Below, piece after piece: positions 15,973 to 29,375 of a stretch of 64,000 nt of DNA; position 1 is the first letter of the stretch; each line of letters opens with the position of its first letter. The stretch comes from Chrysomallon squamiferum (taxonomy: Eukaryota > Animalia > Mollusca): positions 27,094,001 to 27,158,000 of the forward strand of contig CM022672.1 of assembly GCA_012295275.1 (NCBI GenBank), written 5' to 3'. The notes beneath the pieces were generated by a model. It worked only from the letters and a program-made list of their open reading frames with translations. It had not been told where the DNA came from and did no database searches. Made by a program: the position numbers and the translations under genes.

Positions 15973-17262
15973 AAAGAAAAGTTACTGTTTTTCAAAAGAT
16001 AATATCTAAACGACATTCAACTTGTTACGAAAGTTTCAGTTTTGTACGTGGAAAGAATTTCATATTAATTTTGATCTTACTAAATTATATCTAATTAAAT
16101 AAAATTAAGCCTTCAGTATTTATGTAGAATTAACGAAATAAGAATTTATAAAGTTGCATATTTTAGATATATCGATCGCAGAATATACTTTTTGTTTCAA
16201 CAGCTTTACATAAGAATTGAAACAAAAACAAAGAAACGTGTATTTGTGTTTATATGATAAGACAGATAATGTATATTATTACAGAATATTCATCATATGA
16301 TAGTGACAATAAAATAATTTTATTTTTTATATTTAATAACTTGGAGAATAGAATCTGCATAAATAGCACATATTTATATGCGTATAAAAGTATCAGCAAC
16401 ATTTGTTATTGCAGTGCAAATAGTGAATCATGATTTTGTATAAATTTAAACATATACATACAATTTAATTATGCCTTTCTTTTTTCTATATGAATGCACA
16501 CATTAGAAACAACTTAAACTTAAATAGGTTATTAGTTAAGAATTAAATTATCTTTAAAAATAGTACGAAATAATTGAAATTGAAATTACAGCTATAATTA
16601 CATTATCTTAGAACATTATTAAATAATAATAAATAATAATAATAATAATAATAATAAATCTTCATTCAAATCAACAAAATGATATAATAAAATGATAGTT
16701 ATATGGATGATAGTACTGAAATATTTTGAGGTCAATACGCGCGGAGGAAATCCCTCGCCACATGTAAACCCGTCATGTAGTATTCATTTTAAAAAGCAGT
16801 CTTTTATTGCATGATTAATGACTTTGCATGTTGATATTTTTATTAAGCTGATATCATTTCAGCTGTAGTTTGTGGGAATAACTTTTGTATCGTGTAAGAA
16901 CTCTGGTGTGCGATTTGGTCAGGTCGGAGGAACCGCGCTTGGATTTTATAAAACTAGACATAGTGAAAGAATGAAACGAAAATTAATCTCATATCACAGT
17001 TTATTAGAATGTCGTAGGTACACTTTTTAATGTAATTGTTTTTTGTTTTTTTTTAATGAAAAAGTATTTGTTGAATTTTAATCAACTCCTTTAACCTATT
17101 TTTGTCAGATGGTATACTATATTATACATAATGACTATGATGACTATATTCCACATAATTGATGTGTTATTGTCACAATTATTGTGTAATTAAATTACGT
17201 ATTCTGTGTTACGTTGTGTATATTGTTACTTGTATACCGTAAGGACCGGAGTACAAAATAAA

Positions 17263-17293
<31 letters not shown>

Positions 17294-20200
17294 TAAATAC
17301 TAGTATTGTCCAGGATTGACAAAATTACATATAGTGTTGTTCACTTAGTAACTTACTAAACTGAAGACTTCATTGAAAGCAAACACTGAAACTGTTTTCT
17401 CTGTTTATTGAGGATACTTTTTCAAACATATATATAATTTTTATGTTTTATTTTGTTCAGTTGTTTATTATTAAACTGAATGAAAATATTGGATATGAAC
17501 TGTTTATTTTGGGATTTCAAAATCAAATGATAGTGTAAGTTGGCAGTTCTGAGCTCATTGATAATTTTAATTTCATGTCTAAAGTTTGTTATTTTGTACA
17601 ATTATCTAAGCAATAAGTAACATCATATAAAATGCTTGTACTAGTAGTTTCAGTGTCATTAAAATACTGCTACTAATAAAAATGTCACAATTGATGAAAT
17701 TAGTCAGAAAAAAACAACAACAAACACTAAACAAAATTCACATTAAAAGAAAATCATAGGCCTACTAACAAAACAAAAATTCAGAATTAAATTAAAAAAC
17801 AAATCACTTAGCCACATTGATACCTATGCAAATAACAGTTACGAAAATGCATTGTATATTTAAAAATTAGTATATTTTCATTAATAATTCTTTTTATGAA
17901 TCATTTTTCACCACATGATTACACACTAAGCTATGAAGAGTAAAGTCATTGACATTTTAATATTTTTATGTTATTAGTTAAATATATTGATGTATTTAAT
18001 TGTTTATATTAAATAAAAATAAACATATGGCTTGGGTTTCTTTTTATTGTATTTATATGCGTTATTCTTTTTTAACAAGTATTTAATTTTGATCACTGAC
18101 ACGGGATATTATTATTTTATATCACTGGTTTAGGTATTATAAATAATATTAATTATAAAACATAAATCAATAATCTTCCTTGACATTATATAAAGCTATT
18201 TCTGGAACATGTGTATTTTCATGAGTACACAATTCAGCTTTACCTATGAAAATAAAGTTATTACCATAATTAATGCTTCATTTCTTTTTGATATTATAAT
18301 ATTAATAAAACCTACTCTAAATATGCAGAAATATTAACCAACAGAAATGAGCAGCTCTACTTTAGAGGTTTAAATCACAAACCCTCTTTTAACAGTTACC
18401 ACCAATACTAGAGCATAAAAATATGTTTTGCACACTTACCAAATGTAGTGAATAGTTTTTTTATGATTAATCAATCGATCTACTGAAATGTGTTTATTTC
18501 CAACTGAAGATAAAAAAAACACCAATGCCTCCTTCCCTGCCAAACACACATCACTGGCATAAAGAGTATTAATATTATAATGCATTAGCAAGTGTTGTGT
18601 TTTATACTCCACTTTTCAATCCTTCTGTCAGAAATAACTATCCCATTTTTTATTCGTCACTTGCTGATTGTTAAAAGTTTCAAGACTGAAATCTGAAAAT
18701 ACTAATTAGGAAAAGAAAACAGAAGCCACACTATATTACTATTTATTTATTTCTGCACCAGAAAAATAAATACAAGTGAAGGAATGCATAATATTGCCAT
18801 CTGATTTAGTGAAAAAAATGAAACAATTGTCTCCAAATGCAAAAAGTACAGCAATTGTTAAAACTATTACAATTTCAACATAGACAACAAACAAAATAAA
18901 AGAAAATAGATAATTATAATTTTATACATATAAATCACATCAGTAATTGAAAATCAGCCATGTTGATGCTAGAACAATACAGGATTTTCATGCAGATCCT
19001 TTACAGCTTGGTATAATTATAATAAAATTCACTGTACGAAAAAGAACCACTACTTATCGATTAAAATGAAAAATTGTAATTTGCTGTAAACATTCTGCTA
19101 TAATTTGACATCTTACTACACAAAAGATATTCCATTAGAATACAAACAAGATAAAGAAGACAGTTACACAATATTTAGTGATAATTAGACCAAACAGTTT
19201 TTTTTTAAATCTTTTTTTAAGAACAGTTTTAGTTTACATAAAACAGAATTTCATACCTTAAAAACATTAACTTCAAACTGTCTACCATCTTTAAATTACC
19301 TGTGATGTATTGGTTTTTAGCATAATTTTCTAAATAGGATTATCATATAAATAATGTGAAAACAGTTAAAAAAATAAAAAATAAAAATAATAAGTAAAGA
19401 AAATAATGAACAGTTTTATGACATAATATGTCAAATGAAAACACCAGAATACAAGGAAATTATTTAAGTTGGGATTTATTCATTAGTATATTTTGCACAC
19501 AAATTTCTTAATCCTATTCTTTTTCTTTGTTCTTGTCTTAGTTAATAAATAACATTCTTTGAAATCACTTTGAACTGAGATATATATTAATATTGTACGT
19601 TAATACTGTTTTAATTTGCTGAATGAAGTTTGCAATTTAAACTAAGGAATATATAAACTACTGTTAGTCCTTTCCACAAAAACCAGAAAAGCAAAATGTC
19701 AACATGAATCACCATAAACATTTGTTTTTCTTCTTCCTTTTTTTATTATTTATTTTGTTTTTAATCATAGCTTATAACTAATTTAAGTCATTCCAAACAT
19801 AATTCCTAGTATATGACAAAATTTCTCTTCAAATAATAGAAAAAACTAATTATAATTGGCACATACACATACGCATACTGATTATATGTGTATGTATGTA
19901 TGTATGTGTATTTTTCTTTACATCTTTAAAGAATGAGTCATTTATCTTTTTTTATTTCACCTTTAAAAAACAACATCAAGACAGGTTTCTTACTACAGAG
20001 AGAAACTGGTAAATAAATTATATATCTGTCATCTATTATGTCTTACAAAATTTCATATGCATGTTTTTTTTCAGCTAAATGGTTTTACTCTGAATTACAC
20101 TGCTACTACATAAATTAAAGCTTGTATGCAAAACTAAAAGTGCATATACCTTTTGTTCAGTTAGTACTGAAAAGTCAAAATTACAACTTAAATTGATATT

Positions 20201-22080
20201 GCACTTCAATTTTTTATTTATGTATATTTTACTTTTTTTTAAAATTTTTATATTTATTTTTTTTTGTATAAATTTCAAATACTGCACTTCAATTTTTTAT
20301 TTTCACAGACAATTAAGAATAAATATAAACTACTAGTGTAACTTATACCTATTTTTTAATTAAAATAATTCAAAGGAAAAAAAAATGTACTGAATCAGGT
20401 ATTTAGATATTCATTAGGTTTTAAAAAATTTAAGAAGAAAAATAAATCTTACACTGATCAAAATGAAAACAAGGACATGCACATTATTTTGAACAAACAA
20501 ATAATAAAATGAATAACAATTGAAGCCTATTCACATTTGCAGTTAATATACTGAAATGAATAATAATTAACATTATTAGCCATTCATTCATACACAGACC
20601 TCTGTGGCTTCATCCACACCCATGTAATTACATTAGCCATGGATTTGGAAGCTAAAATGGTAGACCAGCTACTTCGTGGACACTTACCTTATATACAGAA
20701 TTTAATAAAGGAATATTAACAGGATTATATATGTATATATCTATATAATGAAGCTTTAATATTGGAATTCTTTTATTTGTGACAAGCACAAATGATATTT
20801 ATATACAGAATAGAAAGGTATATCATACTAACAGTTTCTACTGTGTTCAAAACATCATTATTGAAATATTGTAATTTACAAGAATCGTTACACATAAAAA
20901 TGAGCAAAATTTCTTCTTTATTCACATTATATTGAATCTGTTATTCATGTATTCTTTCATTTTTCATGGTTCTTATCATTTAATCGTATCAAGTTTTGTT
21001 CATCATTTTATAAGCAAAAATATTTATACAATTCATTGCTAAACATATATTAACAAATAATTAAAGTCACTGTTTATATATCATGATATTTGTTTGTCCT
21101 CTTTTTTTACTAGGTAATTTATTACATTCAGTACTGACATAGAACATTAAATAATTAATACTGAGTGAAAAAAAACAACTAAACTATAAAAATACAAGCA
21201 ACATCACCAAAATATCAGACATACTTTCAATTCCACCATGAAATAATTTTATAATCAAATAACTTACAAAACCCTCCCCAAAACCCCCAAATATTTATCT
21301 TGAAATCCAAAGCAGTTATTTATAAAAAAAATATAATACCTTAAAATAATTACAAAATACCGTTTGTTATAATTTTAAAAATCTGCATATTTTAATGACA
21401 TTTTTGTCATATATGTATAAATCTTGCATTTGTACTTATGACAGAATGGATACAAATTTGCATATTGTAAATAAAACAATGCCATAACAAAAGAAACATT
21501 AATGAAAAAAAACTTCTTTTTTTTCAAAGTTTTATTAATTAATAAAATTATTTTTTGTTATACAATTTTAGTTCTGTATCAAAAATAACACATAAACTGA
21601 GAAGCTGGAATGTTTACATAAAAATGAAATGATCTAAAAGCTCATAATAAACTATGAAAAGAAACAGGAATGTAGAAGGACAAAAAATAGAAGGGAAGTA
21701 ACTCTCCAAGAATTAAATAAACAGTCAAATATATTGCTCTTTCAAATATATAAAAAAGTTAAGAAACACTGAATGATTACAGTTTTTAAATAAATTTGAC
21801 ACTGTACGGTCCCACTGGTATAAAATTTGACATAAATTAAATATTGTAAAGTTTTCTAATAGAAAAATAATAAAATATTGTTTATTATTATATAATTGTT
21901 TTTCTTCCCACTATACAGCTGAGACAGAATACATGATGGGACTGAAAAAAGTGAAGAAAAAATCCACACTGTCATTTCAGAAGAGAAATTTTCATTTGCC
22001 AATAACAAATGAAGCAAGTGATATAAATTTATATAAGTAACACATTATCTGTGAAGCTGTGTAAATAGTTTGATCTCAGG

Positions 22081-22215
22081 ACTCTTTTACTTCCTTAAAA
22101 ATTATTGAACCTCTTTTCTTCCTTAAAATTACTGAGAAACCCTTTATATCTTATAAATATTAAGTATTAGTTCATTACAAACTGATAACCTCTTTTTACA
22201 TCATTTAAAATTATC
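22081..22215. repeat. Degenerate ~29-bp minisatellite (CTCTTTT..CTTCCTTAAAATTA)
   Basis: About four diverged copies seen by eye. Confidence 0.65.
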
Positions 22216-25200
22216 AAAGGACTTTGGTAATGTGGGTTATGTTATGAGGAAATAATGTCTTATTAAGAAAATAATGTTTACATCACTGACTCCATGCAAC
22301 CATTGCTTTCAGAACTTATGCAAAATATATATGATGAAATATTAAAATAGGTTTGCAATAGACTGTACAAAATAATAAAATAAGCTACTGTACATAGATG
22401 TATTACTTTTAACTTACATATTTTACAAGTTTTATGAATATCTTTCATACAAATAATCCTTCTAGATGATTGATGTTCATGAAGATTTCAGGTTAGTGAC
22501 AACTGACCTGTAATAATTGTTAATGTTGTTTTGTATGTTAATTGATTATTATTTGCTAAAGACTTAGCAATCATTAGTAAATAAAAACAAAAACAAGTTA
22601 AAAAGTATATCTGCAATATGCCTTGTGGGAATGGTGATTTAGTCAAATATGTAAATAATAATATAGTATTTGTGTACATGATTGTGTACATATAGTATAT
22701 TTCCACACATAACCTAACAAACTTGGACAAATTTCAGCAGCATTCCAATCCAGTTACTGTAATTAAATATGTCAACAATTTCAGATTAATAAATAACAAA
22801 AAAACTGGAAATTCAGTTCATAATAATGTATTGTCTGGCACAGTGATGTGTGAATGACCAGATCAAGGAAGAGGGACAGTTAGAGCTGGAGAAATGCCAA
22901 AACTGAAGTAATACAGCACAGGTTATTGTATTTCGTGAAACATCACTTCAAAGTAATCAACACTAAAATATTTAATACTTTCACATTTCAATTATTTTTT
23001 TAAATAAATAATAACTAAAATCCAAGAATTGAAAAGTGATTATGTTAAATAAGAAAGAAATGAAATTATTTATACCATTAGCATATACTGACTTAATAAA
23101 ATAAAGGTGGGGCAGAGAGGATATAGAAAAGAAAAACAAATTAACAAAAACTTGTGCATGTATTTTGTATAAATCATTTTCAAGAGATAATTATATATTA
23201 AATTTTAAATTGAATCATATAATGGCAGCAATAAGTACATGCATTCAAGCTAATGAATATTATTATTAGAGGATTACAATTATAATATTAAAAGTGAATG
23301 TAAAACATTTTCTCATGGAGAATATATCAAATAATGGAATTCTTACTGTACCCACACATCACAACAATTGAAATATATTAATGGTGGTTAAAAAAAAAAA
23401 AATAATAAAAAAAAAAAAACAAAAAAACAACAAAAAAATAAAATAACAATAATAAAAAAATAAAAAAATAAAAAAAAAATAAATAAAAAGTAACAGAATG
23501 TTTTTTTTTTCCAGATATAATTATGTTTTAAGTGTGTAATACAAATACCAGGTTCACGATAAGTCTGGAACCATCTAGAAAAATGTTAAATTAAAGAGCC
23601 TAACAAGATATGTTAGAAATGACTACTGACCATGTTCCATGTTCCATGAATAAAATGTATTTTTTATTTTTCTGTTATTTATCATTGAACCTTGTACTTA
23701 ACATGTACAAAAGAAAAATTATTGCAAAAAAACCTGAGTGGATAAAAAAATATAAAAAATTTAATGCATTTTATTGCTCAGCTGTAATTATTAAAACCAT
23801 TAATATAAAAATGTTATTTTTCTATTGTCAATTTTAAATGTGAATAAAACATATTAATAAAATATATTAATTCTATATCAAGAAATAATATATAATGTGT
23901 ATATTAGGTTTTTTAATGTTATGGTTTATACATTTTTCGTTATTATTAATAATTAAATAATAAAATACATAAATATCCAAAGCTGAATTGTAACCAATAA
24001 ACTTCAATAATTATATCAAATGCACTATTCATAGATTTAATGCCAATGATTAACATGTAGTCAAATAATAAATGTGTTTTTTTACCATGAAGTATGCACT
24101 AAATGTGAATCATGTTGTATAAAATGTAAGTAAATTTAAATGCTCGCTTCTATCAGTAAAATGTACATAAAATAAATTTTATTAAACATTTGTTGTTATT
24201 AGGTTATTTTTAGTATCTGCCATTGTTACACTTGCTAATTTTACAGCTGATAATAAAAACAAGGACATTGTGTATAATATGTTTCTATACACTAGATTAC
24301 AGATATAAATGTTGAACAAAACGGAAATTTGATACTGTTAAGTTTCCATCTGTTGCAGTCATATTCAAAACTTTCATACATGACAAAGGGCTTAACATTA
24401 CACTGATGAAGGTAAAACATAAAATACAATGAGTGCTGACATAATCTATCTATAATGAAAATACAATAGGGTCCATATTATATATTGTATTATGTATAAT
24501 CAAAAACGTGTATGCTAACTTGTGAAGACTGAGTCAAGCACAATTTGTTTTATATTTATTATATTTATGAAAAAAAAAAAAAAAAAAAAAGACTGTCAAA
24601 AGAAACTAATGATTGTCACTTCCATTCGTATTAATTAACAAATTAATGAAAACAATGTCATTTAACATTTCTTTACATTGCTGTATATATCTTATTATCA
24701 GTTATTATCTGTAACTAGCTAATAACAAATCCAAGATGGATTCTAATCAATTCTGATTCCAGAAGACTGTTTTCATTTGGAACATTAACCTATTCAAATA
24801 TATCCATTCTGGAAACAATGCTGTTGTAATATTACCATTCTGAGCAAAATTCTGTTAAATAAATAAATAAAAAATATTAACAAGAAATATTCTAAGGCTC
24901 TCTTAAGACTTTGGTATATGATGTGCATTTTAATGCACACTGACATTCAACTAAGTCATCAGCTAGATTTATACTTGTATTATACAGATATATACAGTGA
25001 AGAGAGTTTTTATTCTTGGTGCTGAATTAATCAAATTCACAATTTTTACTGTCATTATGTAGGTTAATTTTTTTTTGGTCAAATTATTAAAAATAATAAG
25101 AAATAAATAAATAACAACAACAATATAAATAAAATAAAATAAATAAATAAATACCTAATTCCACTTATAAGAAGCAAAATCAAGCATGTAAATAAAATAT

Positions 25201-26516
25201 TTTTAAAAAATGCTACCATTGGTTCAAGAAAACTAAACAAGTACATAAAATACCCCAAAATAATGACTGTAGAGTTCTTTAGTAACTCCAGTTAGAAGCA
25301 AAATTCATAAAAATTATAACAACATATAAATATTATTTTCAAGTGGGTGAGAAAAATTTAACGATTAATAAGTTTAAGACTACCTAAACCCTTTATAAGG
25401 CTTTTAGTAGTAGTATTTTACTAATTTAACACATTTTATTACAGAATGAAAGAGCAATGACATGAAACGGAAAGGGTAAGTGTTTTCTTTGAATGTATCC
25501 GAATTTAGTCCAACAATTGGCATCAGGATGATATATTGAGTACATACAGCTATGTACTGATATCAGTTATTTCATCACATTCATGCTAATATGTCCTATG
25601 CAAACTGGCTCCCAATATGATCAAATACTAAGTACAAGCATCAGCAAATCTCAAAGTTTGTCTGATGTTAAGTATGTTCACATATTAAAAAAAAAACCTC
25701 ACGGGAATTCACTTGTTGAGTACAGGCATATTTAAGTCTCTAGAACTTGTTCAAATGTCCTGTAAATGAGTGTAATAATAATAATCTGTTTTATAAGTAT
25801 TAACATCTTCTGAAAGGTGTTCAGAACATCGTTGGAGGCACTGTGATATTTATTTATAAGATATAACAAGTCTTCAGTGGTGTTGAAATATTCGTAAGTA
25901 CTTTTTAAAGATTTTCAATACAGATGTAAATAAATTCCTCAGAGTTTTGTTAAATTTTGAAATGCAGTATGTAGTTTTATTTCAATATAATTTAAAATGT
26001 TTTTCTAATAAGCAACACTAACATAATCTGCAATAACACATTCTTGTATATGAACATGTTTCCTAAGAGTTAAAGTAATGTTGTTGTTTCCGATTTCTCA
26101 AGTGTACATGTATAAAGATAATTTTAATTTTCATGCTGGAATGCAACTGTTAATATATATTTTTGTAGTAATACATTCAGGTATTCAATGTATCACAATT
26201 CTTCAAACTATGTTCCCATGATTTTCTGACAGATGCAAATGAACATATTTTTCTAGTCATGTCCTTAATATATCAAACAAAGAAATTAACTGTAATTTCC
26301 ACCAAAGGTTTTCAAAGTCATCAACCATTTTGAATGAATGCATAATTATAATTTTTCTTATTATTTTGCAATAGTCAACAAAGACAACATAATTATATGA
26401 GACAAAAATGATTCAGTAACAAATATTCCTTTTCAAGACTCTGGATCAAGAATCTTTTGAAATAACAGCAGACAAATCTCTGAAAATATGTTTTTCAGCA
26501 GATAACTGACACCCAG

Positions 26517-26713
26517 TTAAAACAACAAATCTGATGTACCACCAGATGACCAAGTGACTGTCTCATCAACATCAGCAGGCATCATCTGTAAGCTGTCTGG
26601 ATCAGCAGGTTCAGCAGGCACTGGTTCAACACGTTTCACAGGTTCAGGCTGGTTCAGTAGATCACCGAACTGGAAGTCTTGTGTGAATTTGGCACGGTAG
26701 CTGGATAGTCCTC
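26517..26713 (-). CDS. Phostensin/taperin-like exon 3 with stop
   Basis: TTGCAG acceptor, phase 1; GGLSSYRAKF...TWSSGGTSDLLF then TAA. Confidence 0.9.
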
Positions 26714-29317
26714 CTGCAATATACATTGTTATAATCAGTACTAGAATATGCATGTTTACATTCATACACATATTCATGCACACATGCTGCTAACACACAC
26801 TCACTCACATCATCATCATTTCCATTTTAGTATCTTTTATTTTTTCTAAAATTTATTTTACAACTGATTTGTTATTACATAAAATTAATGCATCGATGGT
26901 ATGGATATCAGAAACAGCTTAAAATATTTGCTAGTATCTGATTTTGTTATGAACAGGCACTAGAAGTTCAGAAGCGGTTCATATCTCCAAAGTTCAACCT
27001 GAACTGGTAAACAAACCACATAAATAGACAATTTTGTCGTCTTGCTATGGTGTGAAACCTTTTTATAAATCTTGACAACAGATACACATGCTGTGTCTAA
27101 ACCATCTTGTGGTGACTGACAAACTGGGCTACACACAGTTTGTGTATAAACTTTCTAATGGTGTATTACAATATTCATTCTGTCTAAAACATTTTGTGAT
27201 GGATGATAACAGTGTTTAATAAACTTATATTTAAAACCATCTTGAACTGCTACTAGGTCACTTTGTCTGCAAGCAACGATGATTCACCCAGAATTTTAAC
27301 CATTTTTTCAAACTAATGTCAGTCATTAGCAGTCTTAGATTTCACCTGCAGCTGTTATCTGCATACCTATCTACACCTTTATATTTGTTTTTTCAAACTG
27401 ACACCTTGATGTACTTCCTTGTCTGAATGCTTTGATGAGGTTTTATATTTCATCATAATCCACCCATTCTTATTTTATAAAAAAGCATGTTTTATATTTT
27501 ATTTTAAATGTACTGATCATTGTATGTATATGTACAGCAGGGTGAACATGTAGCCTTAATAAATCAAAAAAAAGCAATAACAAAAAACAAAAAACCTATG
27601 TCAGGCTGATCCTCTCACATTTCATTCCTTTGTCAGTAACAAATAATTTGACAATAATGTAACAAGTCCATTGTGTTTCATAAAAGTTGCTATATTCCTC
27701 TCTTACTTGTCACTCATGCCAGTCATTTAGTTAATAATACCATAAAAGTAAGATTGAGTAAATCATTAGCAATGATCCTTTATCTAACTGTATTATTATC
27801 ATTCTTATTTTAAATTTCAGATTTTTAATAATGTACTTTTATTAAACTATAAGCAAATCATTTTGATTTATAAAAAACTGTTATTTAAGCTAATGTCTGC
27901 AACACTGCACACACACACACACATGCATGCACATACCACTGAAGGGACTTTTATTTAGGGTAAGAGTCCACATGGTTGTACACATACATCCCATTGTAGT
28001 AGATTTAAAATAAAAACGTCTGCATTGTATCTGTTTACTTTCATCCAAGAAAAATGTTCCAACTTACCAGAATGAGATAGGCTTGTGTTGGATTTGATGA
28101 CTTCATCGATGTCACTGACCATGTTCATGTGGTTCATGGCAATGGTGTCACGTGGGGTGCCGGGGGTGTCGTCGTCGGTGGATTCGTTACTTTCAGAGTT
28201 GATGTCTGGCAGCAGCAACATCTCCTCCCTTTCTTCCGGGTGCTCGGTGAGATACTCATCAAGGAGAGTCTCCTCTGAAGGATACTCAAACATGGATGTC
28301 TTGTCATCATCAAAGCTTATCTTACCCTGGAGGAAAAAACAAGAAGAGTTTTTCTTTATTTTTAAAATATGGAAAAGATAATTTTTCATAAATTACAAAG
28401 TTAAACAGTAACTTGAGTAAGAAAGAAAAAAAGTCGAACAGATTTTGGGTTAGTTAAGAATGTAAGACGCAGATAAAAGGAATAAAATGTTAAAATGGAA
28501 AGAAAATAAATACTTTTGGGAGAAAATGAAGAAATATATGTGTATTTGTTTTTAAAGAAAAATGTATGATGTCTTATGATGTAATGAATTCAAACATTAA
28601 AACAAATTCAAGAAAATATTTTAATGTGAGTTTTTAAAAACTTTGATATAGAAGTGCATCATGACTAGTATGTATTTACTCAAGGAAAGCAGACATATTA
28701 AAGCATGTTCCTGTTTACATTTACACACACTTGAACAAGCAAGTGTCCACAAACAGAAAACAAATATACACAACATATACAAACAATAACAGCAACAACT
28801 ATTGTATGACATTTCAAATCCACTTAACCTAAAATCCATACATTTACAGAAACATCGGAAACTATCAGCAACAAAACGACTGTAAACTCTGGCAGTTTTA
28901 ACTGGTGTATCTGAACCAGGTAGAAGAACTCAGTAACAAAACCAACATGCAGTGAGGAAAATTGTCAACATGGTGGAAAGCTTATTTGTTCATTGAGACA
29001 ATAGACCACATAGTTCCGACTGTCTGTACATGTTTGTCTCTAACATCTGTGTTATTTTCAGACACTTTCCCTCATCACTCAGGCTGTAACTTGGTAAATT
29101 TTTAACATTAATTATTGAAACAAACATTTAATGCAGTGGGTAATTGGAATTCAACACTGTACAGTGAAAAAATTAATAATGAATTTGTTGTTATCGAGCA
29201 TAACTGGGTTAACCTGTAATAAAACAATGGCATGTTTGTGTTGGCAGTAATTGATATTATTTCAAAATGGGAGGATCCTAAAATGATTTATGTTTATTTT
29301 AAAAAAAAAAAAAAAAA

Positions 29318-29375
<58 letters not shown>

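Noticed and set aside
16760-16870. Telomerase-RNA-like look (TAAACCC, a U-run, then GCTGA...TCAGC)
   Set aside because: The template does not match CTAACCC for TTAGGG, and no pseudoknot partner strand or CR4/5 is visible
28085-28381. Plus-strand ORFs of 64-98 aa (also 13879, 51176, 51288, 51726 and 52749) and minus-strand 61600
   Set aside because: They are antisense shadows of genuine coding exons
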